From Chitinophagaceae bacterium (GTDB lineage Bacteria > Bacteroidota > Bacteroidia > Chitinophagales > Chitinophagaceae): a stretch of 57,594 nucleotides of DNA. Location: assembly GCA_947380435.1 (NCBI GenBank), contig CANCRC010000001.1, positions 1 through 57,594 of the forward strand, given 5' to 3'. Position 1 is the first letter of the stretch. Each line of letters starts with the position of its first letter. A model generated the notes under the pieces. That model saw nothing but the letters and a program-made list of their open reading frames with translations. It made no database searches and was not told the origin of the DNA. The translations under genes and the position numbers were made by a program. Shown here piece after piece: positions 48,058 to 57,285 of this stretch.

Positions 48058-50217
48058 ATGTTCAAATTCAAATGTATACTACCCGTACAACTATTTATTT
48101 TATCATTTTTAGTATGCGCAATGGCTGCAGCCCAAAAGCCTGATTGGCTTATAAAACCTATTGAAAAAAAGGCTAGCATTTTCATTAAAAACAAGCAACT
48201 CATTTTAGATAATGGCTTAGTGCAGCGTGTTTTTTTACTAGACCCCAATGCAAGCTGTATTAGTTATACCAACTTAAGTAGTGGCCAAGAACTACTAAGA
48301 AGTATTGAGCCTGAAGCAAGGCTGGTATTTAACGGAACATCTTATAATGTAGGTGGACTTAGTGGTCAAAAAGAGAAAGCCTATTTAAAAATGGATGTAG
48401 AAAAATCTCTACAAAAAAAAGATTCCGATTTTGTTTTTACGAACTACAGTATTTCTGAAATTAAACCTTTTATTAATTGGAAGCCTAATACTTGGTTAAC
48501 CAATCCTAATCAAGCAAAGGGTAAAACCCTGACACTTCATTTTATTTCTAATTTACCTGCTTTAAAAAATATATTGGTAGAGGTGCATTATGAATTATAT
48601 GATGGCCTTCCTTTAATTACGAAATGGGTATCTATTGAAAATAAATCGAATGCATCTATTAAAATTAATAGAGTAGTGAATGAAGTTTTGGGTTTAGTAG
48701 AAGAAGAAAGCGCGGTGGTAGGCAAGCCTGAAGAAATGAAAAAACAACATGGTATTTATTTTGAAACCAATTATGCATTTAACAATGCTATGCGCTACGA
48801 CATTAGTGATCAAACCACACATTGGAAAACCGATTTGAGCTATACTTCCCAAGTGAATTATAATTTTGAAACACCTTGCTTATTAGAAATATACCCTGAA
48901 AAGGCTCCTGGCATTGCTTTAGCGCCGAATGAAGTTTTTAAGTCGGTGCGCACCAATGAATTATTAATGGATAGCTATGATAGACAAAGAAGAGGCTTGA
49001 TTTTAAAAAAGATGTACAGAACCATTGCGCCTTGGACCACACAGAATCCTATTTTTATGCACTTGGTAAGTAAAAACGACCAAGAAGTAAAAAACGCCAT
49101 TGACCAGTGCGTGGCCACAGGGTATGAAGCAGTTATTTTAAGTTTTGGAAGTCATTTAGAAATGGAAGATACTACGCGCGCGAATTTAAATAGATGGAAA
49201 GATTTAGCTACCTATGCACATGACCATAAAATTTTATTAGGAGGTTATTCTTTATTTAGTAGTAGACGTATTAGCGATGAAGATGATGTTGTGGATATAA
49301 AAACAGGAAAACCAGGAGGTGCATTTTTTGGTAATGCGCCATGCTTTGGAAGTAAATGGGGGCTTGCCTATAGAGATAAAATACAAAACTTTTTCTCTTA
49401 TACTGGTTTTGACATTTGGGAAAATGATGGACCTTATCCTGGAGATGTTTGTGCTTCTACCAAACATCCTGGTCATTTAGGGTATGATGATTCTCAGTGG
49501 AGACAAATGGAAATTCAAAAAGGTTTATACCATTGGTTGAATGAACATGGTGTATATATTAATGCGCCCGATTGGTATTTTTTAGATGGTACTCATAAAA
49601 TTGCTTTGGGCTATAGAGAAGTGAATTTTTCTTTGCCTCGTCCTCAACAAAAAATTATTAATCGTCAAAATATTCACGACGGCACTTTAGAGAAAATTCC
49701 TTCAATGGCCTGGGGTTTTGTGCCTCTTGCCAAATACCAAGGAGGTGGGCCAGAAGCTGTGCTAGAGCCACTAAGCGAGCACTTGAACGATTATGAACAG
49801 TTAATGATGCAATACTATGGCGCAGGGGTGCAGGCCTGTTATAGAGGTCCTCGATTATACGATACAGAAACCACCAAACAAATGGTTGCTAAAACTATTC
49901 AGTGGTATAAAAAATATCGTACTATTTTAAACGCCGATATGATTCAACTTCGTCGAGCCGATGGGCGTGATTGGGATGGATGGATGCATGTAAATCCTGC
50001 ACTTGCTCAAAAAGGGCTTATGCTATTATTTAATCCTACACAGCAAGCCATTACAAGAACCATTGCTTTGCCTTTATATTATACAGGGCTAAGTAAATCA
50101 GCCATTATTAAAGATGCAAAAGGAGTTTCAAAAACCTATACATTAAATAGAGACTATACCATTGATTTTACTTTTACCATTCCAGCCGATTCCTATAGCT
50201 GGTATCTAATAGAGTAA
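48058..50217 (+). CDS. Secreted alpha-galactosidase-like glycoside hydrolase (GH36/clan D-like)
   Basis: Signal peptide; N-terminal beta-sandwich; TIM-barrel-like core (GYEAVILSFGS, APCFGS, WENDGPYPGD); family assigned by resemblance only. Confidence 0.65.
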   Translation: MFKFKCILPVQLFILSFLVCAMAAAQKPDWLIKPIEKKASIFIKNKQLILDNGLVQRVFLLDPNASCISYTNLSSGQELLRSIEPEARLVFNGTSYNVGGLSGQKEKAYLKMDVEKSLQKKDSDFVFTNYSISEIKPFINWKPNTWLTNPNQAKGKTLTLHFISNLPALKNILVEVHYELYDGLPLITKWVSIENKSNASIKINRVVNEVLGLVEEESAVVGKPEEMKKQHGIYFETNYAFNNAMRYDISDQTTHWKTDLSYTSQVNYNFETPCLLEIYPEKAPGIALAPNEVFKSVRTNELLMDSYDRQRRGLILKKMYRTIAPWTTQNPIFMHLVSKNDQEVKNAIDQCVATGYEAVILSFGSHLEMEDTTRANLNRWKDLATYAHDHKILLGGYSLFSSRRISDEDDVVDIKTGKPGGAFFGNAPCFGSKWGLAYRDKIQNFFSYTGFDIWENDGPYPGDVCASTKHPGHLGYDDSQWRQMEIQKGLYHWLNEHGVYINAPDWYFLDGTHKIALGYREVNFSLPRPQQKIINRQNIHDGTLEKIPSMAWGFVPLAKYQGGGPEAVLEPLSEHLNDYEQLMMQYYGAGVQACYRGPRLYDTETTKQMVAKTIQWYKKYRTILNADMIQLRRADGRDWDGWMHVNPALAQKGLMLLFNPTQQAITRTIALPLYYTGLSKSAIIKDAKGVSKTYTLNRDYTIDFTFTIPADSYSWYLIE

Positions 50218-50221
50218 ATTA

Positions 50222-52360
50222 CTAATTTAAAAATAATTCATCTACAAAAATCCAGGCTGGGGTTCCTTTGCCAGGATGCCATTTAGGTAATTTTTTAAGA
50301 TTCAATAAAGTAAACCTATAATATTTATAGGCAGCTTCTCCTGGTATAGTGCAGCTAAATGATTTATTTTCTCTTACTACTTCTGTTTTTTCTAAGGAAG
50401 GAAATTTGGCTTCATTTAATTTTTTAAATTGTTTACCATCATTACTTCCTTCAATCATGATAGATAAAATAGGGAAGATATATGCTCCATTATCTACAAA
50501 GGCATTAAAATGTGCTTCATGTAAAGGTCTAGCTTGTTTAAAACCAATCACAAATTTCATAGTGGTGTCTCTGTAAGCTAACCACTTGCCATTGGAGAAA
50601 TTTTGTTCCCCTAACTCATAATCGGTAAGGGTTTTAGCCCCTGTACCCGGATATTTTTTATCGGGATTAGTCACAAAATAAATAGTATCGGGATGAATTT
50701 CAGATTTATAAAATGTTTTTTGCACTATATCACTACTTAACCAACCTGGCTTGAAAGCCTTTGTCTTTAAAACAGTATTTTTAGTAAAATGTAATTTTTT
50801 GGAATAGATAGGACTTGAAAGACTATCTGGCTCTGTACCATCTATTGTATATCTCACCACCGTGCCTTTTAGAAAATGTTTTACTCCTATCTCCAAGCTA
50901 GTCACTATAATAGAGGAATCTTGTTCAATGATGGGGCTAGTTAATTTTATAATTTCTGTATCTAAATTATCGCCAATAATTATTTTTACCTTTTTATGCT
51001 TAGCTGTTAATTGTTCAAATTCTTTTTCATTTGAATGATTGGTCCAAATATGAATTTCTGTAAAAGGGGATTTGTCTAATAATGTAGTTAAAGAGTTTTG
51101 ATTGACTTCAATACCACAAATAGACAAGTTGATTAAACTAGGAATATTTTTAAGTGGTTCTAAGTCGACTAAAGCTAATTTTGTATAATTTAAGTTTAGT
51201 TTTTTTAGATGAGTGAATTGTACAATACTAGCAAGGTCTTCTTTAGTCACAGGCATACCCTGCATATTAAGGCTTACAATTTTATCTTTAATTTTCAACA
51301 AATTTGTTAACTGCTCTTTTTTATAAAAAGAACCTTGAAAAAAGTTAACGGCTATTTCTTCTGATCCATTGAATAAATAATTTACTGTGAGGTAGCTTGA
51401 ATTATACTCTTTTAAATCGGGAGCGGTATTTTTAGTATCGCCATTTCCTTTTGCAGGTGCTTTATAAGCCATAGCAAGTATGGCTAGGCTATCGGTTTTA
51501 GCGAGCTCACTTATTTTTTTAGTAAAATTACCTCCAGCCTTTACCCATTTATTAAGTAGGGTTAATTCCTCTAAAGTCAATTGGAGCTTGCCATCTGGAG
51601 GCATATGTTTTTCATCTGCATTAGGCAAATGAATTCTTTGTAATAGTAATGCCTCTCCATTATGAAAGCTTGTTAATATATTTCCATCCTTACCTCCCTT
51701 CAGAATAAGTTCGGGACTTTGTAATTGTAATTTACCCTTTACCTTCTCAGGTCCATGACAACCTACACATTTTTGTGTGAGTATGGGAGCAACTGCTTTT
51801 TCATAAACACTTAAACTAGAATCAACTGTTTTCACTTCTTCTGCTTTGACAATTGCTGGTGCTGGAATAGAGAGTGCATTTTCTCCATGTGTTAATAAGG
51901 CGCCTTGATGTGTAAAAAATAATAGCACCAATAAATAGCCAAGGCCCATTATTTTTTTATAACCAGTAGAAATATTTTTTGTGTAAATAAGTAACCAACT
52001 TATTAAGGCAATGGAAAGGCCTCCCCATTTATGTAAATTTAAAGTAGCTGTATCATAAGCATCTTGCTTTGACAATAATAAACCTAGTATGGCTACAATG
52101 GATGCTATTAAAGCATTCCCTACTAAAATTAATTTCTCAGTATTTTCTTCTAATTTATTCTTTTGAAAGAAAATAAAATAAATAACGATAGCAATACCGA
52201 TAACAATTGGAAAATGTAAAACCAATGGGTGCAATTTTCCAAACCATAATAAAACATCATTGGTTTTACTGGTTTCACTATAAATGGCTAGAAGTAGTAG
52301 TAGTGGATTTAAAAACCAAACAGACCATTCTCCCCATTGACTTAGTTTTTTAATATCCAT
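50222..52360 (-). CDS. Multidomain membrane protein: His-rich TM domain (DUF2231-like), planctomycete-type cytochrome c, LRR, chitobiase/FN3-like and F5/8C-like domains
   Basis: HPLVLHFP, LHKWGG and THQGALLTHG in TM helices; CVGCH with HMPP; LxxLNL repeats; RYTIDGTEP; WHPGKGTPAWIFVDE. Confidence 0.85.
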   Translation of the reverse strand: MDIKKLSQWGEWSVWFLNPLLLLLAIYSETSKTNDVLLWFGKLHPLVLHFPIVIGIAIVIYFIFFQKNKLEENTEKLILVGNALIASIVAILGLLLSKQDAYDTATLNLHKWGGLSIALISWLLIYTKNISTGYKKIMGLGYLLVLLFFTHQGALLTHGENALSIPAPAIVKAEEVKTVDSSLSVYEKAVAPILTQKCVGCHGPEKVKGKLQLQSPELILKGGKDGNILTSFHNGEALLLQRIHLPNADEKHMPPDGKLQLTLEELTLLNKWVKAGGNFTKKISELAKTDSLAILAMAYKAPAKGNGDTKNTAPDLKEYNSSYLTVNYLFNGSEEIAVNFFQGSFYKKEQLTNLLKIKDKIVSLNMQGMPVTKEDLASIVQFTHLKKLNLNYTKLALVDLEPLKNIPSLINLSICGIEVNQNSLTTLLDKSPFTEIHIWTNHSNEKEFEQLTAKHKKVKIIIGDNLDTEIIKLTSPIIEQDSSIIVTSLEIGVKHFLKGTVVRYTIDGTEPDSLSSPIYSKKLHFTKNTVLKTKAFKPGWLSSDIVQKTFYKSEIHPDTIYFVTNPDKKYPGTGAKTLTDYELGEQNFSNGKWLAYRDTTMKFVIGFKQARPLHEAHFNAFVDNGAYIFPILSIMIEGSNDGKQFKKLNEAKFPSLEKTEVVRENKSFSCTIPGEAAYKYYRFTLLNLKKLPKWHPGKGTPAWIFVDELFLN

Positions 52361-52362
52361 AC

Positions 52363-53808
52363 TTAACTTATAATTTCATTGACCACTTTGCCTGCTACAT
52401 CTGTTAAGCGGTAACGTCTTCCTTGGTGTTTAAATGTAAATCTTTCATGATCGATACCCATTAAATGCATAACGGTTGCATGAAAATCATGCACGTGCAC
52501 GGGTAAGGAATTAATATTGTATCCAAAATCATCTGTTTCTCCAAAGACGCCTGGCTTCACACCACCACCTGCCATCCAGATAGTAAAGGCTCTTGGATGA
52601 TGGTCTCTACCATAATTATCCTTGGTAAGTGCCCCTTGACAATAATTCGTTCTACCAAATTCGCCACCCCAGATAATCAAGGTCTCATCTAATAATCCTC
52701 TTTGTTTTAAATCTTTAATTAAAGCAGCAGAAGGTCTGTCTACATCTTTACATTGTCCTACAATCTCGGCAGGTAAATTACCATGTGAGTCCCAACCTTG
52801 ATGATACAATTGCACAAAGCGTACTCCATTTTCAGAAAGTTTTCTTGCTAATAAACAATTGGCTGCATAGGTACCTGGCGCCAAACATTCTGGTCCATAC
52901 ATTTTTACAATAGACTCTGGTTCGTTTTGTAAAGAAGTAATTTCAGGAACTGCCATTTGCATTCGATAGGCTAGTTCATATTGCTGAATCTTGGTTACAA
53001 TTTCAGGATCTCCAATATTATTATAAGCTTCTTGATTTAGCGATGCAATCTCATCTAAAATTTTTCTCTTGTCACCTCTGTCAATAAATTCAGGGTCGCT
53101 TAAATATTTTACAGGTTCTTCACCACTACTAAACTGCACACCTTGATGTATAGAATCTAAAAATCCATTATTCCATAATTTAGAATACACCCCTTGTCCA
53201 TTGCCCTTGCCTTTACTTAATAATACACAGAATGCAGGCAGGTTTTTATTTTCACTTCCCAAGCCATAACTTACCCAAGAACCCATGCTGGGGCGGTTTC
53301 CCACTTGTGCACCGGTTTGAAAAAAGGTAAGGGCAGGATCGTGGTTGATAGCCTCGGTATACATACTTCTAATGATACATAATTCATCACTCATGCTGGC
53401 AATATGCGGAATAGACTCACTAAACCATCCACCATTCGCTCCATGTTGCGCAAAATTAAATTTGGTACCCGCTAGTGGAAATTTAGCTTGATTCGCTGTC
53501 ATGCCCGTTAATCTTTGTCCATTACGAATACTTGCAGGTAAATCTTGGCCATGCATTTTTTGTAGCATCGGCTTATAATCATATAAGTCTAATTGTGAAG
53601 GAGCACCATTTTGAAATAAATAAATAACGCGTTTTGCTTTGGGTGCAAAATGCGGAAGTACATTGGCAAATAATTCTTCTTCATTGCTTGCATCAAAAAG
53701 TCCTGGTACCATTAGCGATCCCAAAGCAAGTCCACCAATACCTAAACTCATTTTAGATAAAAATTTTCTTCTATTTTGATTTAAGCCATGTTCTAAAAAT
53801 TCATTCAT
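52363..53808 (-). CDS. DUF1501 protein (alkaline phosphatase/sulfatase-like fold), Tat-exported
   Basis: NRRKFLS Tat motif; PKAKRVIYLFQNGAPSQLD, NHDPA, GWDSH, GEFGRT, GRDHHP, HVHDFHAT and RLTDVAG motifs. Confidence 0.9.
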   Translation of the reverse strand: MNEFLEHGLNQNRRKFLSKMSLGIGGLALGSLMVPGLFDASNEEELFANVLPHFAPKAKRVIYLFQNGAPSQLDLYDYKPMLQKMHGQDLPASIRNGQRLTGMTANQAKFPLAGTKFNFAQHGANGGWFSESIPHIASMSDELCIIRSMYTEAINHDPALTFFQTGAQVGNRPSMGSWVSYGLGSENKNLPAFCVLLSKGKGNGQGVYSKLWNNGFLDSIHQGVQFSSGEEPVKYLSDPEFIDRGDKRKILDEIASLNQEAYNNIGDPEIVTKIQQYELAYRMQMAVPEITSLQNEPESIVKMYGPECLAPGTYAANCLLARKLSENGVRFVQLYHQGWDSHGNLPAEIVGQCKDVDRPSAALIKDLKQRGLLDETLIIWGGEFGRTNYCQGALTKDNYGRDHHPRAFTIWMAGGGVKPGVFGETDDFGYNINSLPVHVHDFHATVMHLMGIDHERFTFKHQGRRYRLTDVAGKVVNEIIS

Positions 53809-53817
53809 ACTAATTAT

Positions 53818-56151
53818 TTATGATTTTGTAATGGTCTCTTCTAAATTATATAATATCAATATTGTTTTCATTAAGGCAGCCGCTTCTGCCTCATTGTATT
53901 TTTTAGTAGGATGTTTATATTCTCCTACTGCCAATGTATTTTTTAATAAAGGCGCATTGCCATTAAAAAATGTTACTTGTTTTTCACAGTAGTCAATTAA
54001 TTTATTACGCTCAAACCTTGAAGGTTTTCTAATGACAATGGTTTCAAATGCCTGCTCCAATTTATCTACTAATGATTTATTCGTGATGGAGATATTTTCA
54101 GCTAGTACGCGTGAGGCTTCTAATACAGCAGGATCGTTTAACATGGTTAATGCTTGAAGTGGTGTATTGGTGCTCGCTCTTTTGGCCTCGCACTGGTCTC
54201 TATTGCTTGCATCAAAAATCATCATACTTGGAGGTGGCGCTGTTAATTTTATAAAAGTGTATAAACCTCTACGATAAATAGCTGGTCCATGGTCTTGTTT
54301 GTAGGAAGCCAAAACACCTCTTCCTGATGTAGTACTTTCCCAAACCCCTTTAGGTTGATAAGGCTTTACGCTAGGCCCTCCAATCATAGGATTTAAAATA
54401 CCACTGGTACCCAATACCCAATCTCTTACTATTTCTGCTTTGAATCGAATACGAGGTGATCTGGTATAATATACATTATCAGGATCTTGTTCCAATTGTT
54501 TTTTACTCACCACACTTGATTGTTGATAGGTATTACTAGACAATATTTTTTTTACTAAATATTTTACATCCCAGTTATGTTCCATAAAATCAACAGCCAA
54601 CCAATCTAACAATGCAGGATGAGAAGGTAATTGACCTTGTAAACCATAATCACTTGATGTTTTTACAATGCCTTTGCCAAAAATTTCTTGCCAAATAAAA
54701 TTCACAAATACACGAGCCGTTAATGGGTTCTTTTTTTCTACCGTCCATTTTGCTAAACCCAATCTGTTTCTTTCGTATTTCAAAGTATCAAAAGGCATGA
54801 TGGACTCAAGTGCAGTTGGTTTGACTTCCACCGTAGTAGGTGCATCATAACTCCCTCTGCTTAAAATATAAGTAGGCCTTGCTTTTACAGTATCCCCTAT
54901 TTTCCAATCGCCCATGACAGAGACTTCTAATTTATTAGTGTCGGGATGATTAATAAAAGACAATAATTTTGTTTGCTCTTCTTTAGTAATAAATAATTTT
55001 GGATTTTTTGCAGGGGTTGAAATACTTACATCTCCTTCATATCCTTTTTCTTTACTCATATTAAAGAAAGCGTATAGTTGGTAATAATCTTTATTAGAGA
55101 AGGGGTCGTACTTATGATCGTGACACTGCGCACATTCAATGGTTACGCCTAAGATAGCCTTGCCATAGGTTCTTGTTTTATCTATATTATAAGATACGCG
55201 GTACTCTTCTTCAATCACTCCACCTTCTTCTGTGTATTTATGATTTCTAAAAAAGGCAGTGGCTAAAATAGTAGACTTGCTTGCACTGGGCATTAAGTCC
55301 CCTGCTATTTGTTCTGTTAAGAATTGATCATAATGCATATTGGTATTAAAAGCATTAATCACCCAGTCTCTCCAAGGCCATTGAGATCTAATATTATCAT
55401 CTTGAAAGCCATAAGAGTCGGCATAGCGCGCTAAGTCCATCCACAATAAAGCCATCTTTTCTCCATAAGCTGGCTTTTGTAATAATTTATCTAGCAATTG
55501 CGTATACCAGTTATCGCTTGTATTATTTCTCCATTCATTTAATTCTTCATAACTAGGGGCCAATCCGGTGATATCTGCATAAGCTCTTTTAATAAGTGCT
55601 TCTCTACTAGCCGTTTCATTGGGTTCAAACCCTTTTGATTCCATTTTTTCTAATATAAATGGATCGATTTCATTTTTAACCCATTTACTATGATCCACTT
55701 CAGGAAGGGCTTCTTTAACTGGTGCTACAAAGGCCCAATGCTTTTCATATTTAGCACCTTGCTCTATCCACTTTGTAAATAATTTAATTTCATCTGTGGT
55801 TAATCTGGCTAAGTGACTTTCTGGAAGAGGCATCATGATAGCAGGATCATTAGACGAAACTCTTTTTATTAATTCACTTTTATCAGGCTTACCTGCTACA
55901 ATAGCGAAGTGTCCTTTATTTTTTTCTAGTTCTGCAAAGGCACTTGCTGGCAAGTCCAATCTTAAACCCGCTTTTACTTTTGATACATCAGGACCATGAC
56001 AAGAAAAACATTTATCGGATAATACAGGACGTATATCTCTATTATAAGAAATAAGGTTTTCTTTTTCTTTTTTTGCCTTTGCAAAATAAGTTACTCCATA
56101 AAGCAAACCAGCTACTAATACTATAATACCAATAATTGTATACTTCTTCAT
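53818..56151 (-). CDS. PSCyt1 cytochrome c plus DUF1549 plus DUF1553 protein (two CxxCH)
   Basis: YNRDIRPVLSDKCFSCHGPD, HWAF, WMDLARYADS, CAQCHDHKYDP, PSHPALLDWLA, YRRGLYT and NTPLQAL motifs. Confidence 0.92.
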   Translation of the reverse strand: MKKYTIIGIIVLVAGLLYGVTYFAKAKKEKENLISYNRDIRPVLSDKCFSCHGPDVSKVKAGLRLDLPASAFAELEKNKGHFAIVAGKPDKSELIKRVSSNDPAIMMPLPESHLARLTTDEIKLFTKWIEQGAKYEKHWAFVAPVKEALPEVDHSKWVKNEIDPFILEKMESKGFEPNETASREALIKRAYADITGLAPSYEELNEWRNNTSDNWYTQLLDKLLQKPAYGEKMALLWMDLARYADSYGFQDDNIRSQWPWRDWVINAFNTNMHYDQFLTEQIAGDLMPSASKSTILATAFFRNHKYTEEGGVIEEEYRVSYNIDKTRTYGKAILGVTIECAQCHDHKYDPFSNKDYYQLYAFFNMSKEKGYEGDVSISTPAKNPKLFITKEEQTKLLSFINHPDTNKLEVSVMGDWKIGDTVKARPTYILSRGSYDAPTTVEVKPTALESIMPFDTLKYERNRLGLAKWTVEKKNPLTARVFVNFIWQEIFGKGIVKTSSDYGLQGQLPSHPALLDWLAVDFMEHNWDVKYLVKKILSSNTYQQSSVVSKKQLEQDPDNVYYTRSPRIRFKAEIVRDWVLGTSGILNPMIGGPSVKPYQPKGVWESTTSGRGVLASYKQDHGPAIYRRGLYTFIKLTAPPPSMMIFDASNRDQCEAKRASTNTPLQALTMLNDPAVLEASRVLAENISITNKSLVDKLEQAFETIVIRKPSRFERNKLIDYCEKQVTFFNGNAPLLKNTLAVGEYKHPTKKYNEAEAAALMKTILILYNLEETITKS

Positions 56152-56154
56152 TAT

Positions 56155-57180
56155 CTATACTCTTGTAAATTTATAAGGATATACTTTTCCTGAAGCCCAT
56201 TGTGCCACATAAATACTTCCCTCATCATCTACACATACATCATGTGGGTGTACAAATATTTTTTCCGTTTGAGACATAGGCTGTAACACGTTATCAGCGT
56301 ATACTGGCGCAGAACCTCCTAAATTAGAAACTACTTTATTGTTTTTATCTAAAATGGTTACAAATCCTGAATTCACTGTATCTAAATTCGGGGAACGTAA
56401 AACGGCAGCATATAAGTAATCCCCTTTGATCACTGGTCTACAAACACAGGCCCCTGGTAATTGAATCACTTCTAATAATTTTCCATCCATAGAAAAACGC
56501 TTGAATGCATTGCGCGTGCGATCCGTAATAATTAAGGTAGGTGTTGCATTTCTAGTGTCTACACAAATGCCATGGGCATTATCTAAATATTCATCGCCTG
56601 TTCCTCTTCCTCCAAATGCATTTTTTAATTTCCCTTTTTCATCATAGTGTAAAATATGTTGTGCACCATATCCATCTGCAATATAAAATTCGCCATTCGC
56701 AAGTACTGTAGTTTCAGTAGGAACGAAGGCTTCTTTTTTTTGATAAGCAGGTAAATCGGCTGGCGGGTCAATGGTCAATAAAATTTTACCATCTAGGGTA
56801 GTTTTATATACTTGATGTTTATTGGTATCGGTTATAAATAAAAAATCTTCTTTGCCATTATGTTGCACTGTTAAGCCATGCGCTCCAGGAAATTCAGTAC
56901 CCCAGGTATCTATTAAGCGACCAGATTTATTATAAATGATAACATTGTTTTTTGTCTCATTGGTTAAGAGTAAAATACGCCCCTTGCCATCTTGAATCAT
57001 TTCATGGCAATCGTTCACGGGTGTTTTTGCTGGATTTAGCTCTCCCCATTTTGTATTTAATTGATAGGTCATTCCATTTTGTCCATAAATAGGACCGCTA
57101 TTGGCAGACATTAAATCTTTTGTTAGCAGTAATCCGGTACTTGACATAATAGTAGTTTTTACAAAGGCTCTTCTTTTCAT
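56155..57180 (-). CDS. Tat-exported NHL-repeat 6-bladed beta-propeller, PAL-lyase-like
   Basis: KRRAFVK Tat motif; AHGL, YIADGYG, AHGICVD, TDR and PHDVCVD motifs. Confidence 0.85.
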   Translation of the reverse strand: MKRRAFVKTTIMSSTGLLLTKDLMSANSGPIYGQNGMTYQLNTKWGELNPAKTPVNDCHEMIQDGKGRILLLTNETKNNVIIYNKSGRLIDTWGTEFPGAHGLTVQHNGKEDFLFITDTNKHQVYKTTLDGKILLTIDPPADLPAYQKKEAFVPTETTVLANGEFYIADGYGAQHILHYDEKGKLKNAFGGRGTGDEYLDNAHGICVDTRNATPTLIITDRTRNAFKRFSMDGKLLEVIQLPGACVCRPVIKGDYLYAAVLRSPNLDTVNSGFVTILDKNNKVVSNLGGSAPVYADNVLQPMSQTEKIFVHPHDVCVDDEGSIYVAQWASGKVYPYKFTRV

Positions 57181-57205
57181 AGGAACTGTTTTAAATAATC
57201 GTTCT

Positions 57206-57213
57206 CTAAGATA
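57206..57213 (-). promoter_or_regulatory. -7-like promoter element for the cytochrome c/DUF1501 operon
   Basis: TATCTTAG (one mismatch to TAnnTTTG), about 25 nt upstream of ATG 57180 and downstream of a terminator. Confidence 0.4.
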
Positions 57214-57229
57214 CCTTTTTTGGCATAAA

Positions 57230-57265
57230 AAAAGAGCAGGTTTCTACTTGGAAACCTGCTCTTTT
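57230..57265 (-). terminator. Intrinsic terminator
   Basis: aaaagagcaggtttc-tacttg-gaaacctgctctttt, a 15-bp stem; the plus-strand A-tract gives a U-tail on the minus strand. Confidence 0.88.
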
Positions 57266-57285
57266 ATATAAAAACTGATTGGGTA

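Noticed and set aside
52363-53808. Calling DUF1501 a sulfatase
   Set aside because: I found no (C/S)xPxR formylglycine motif; the relationship is at fold level only.
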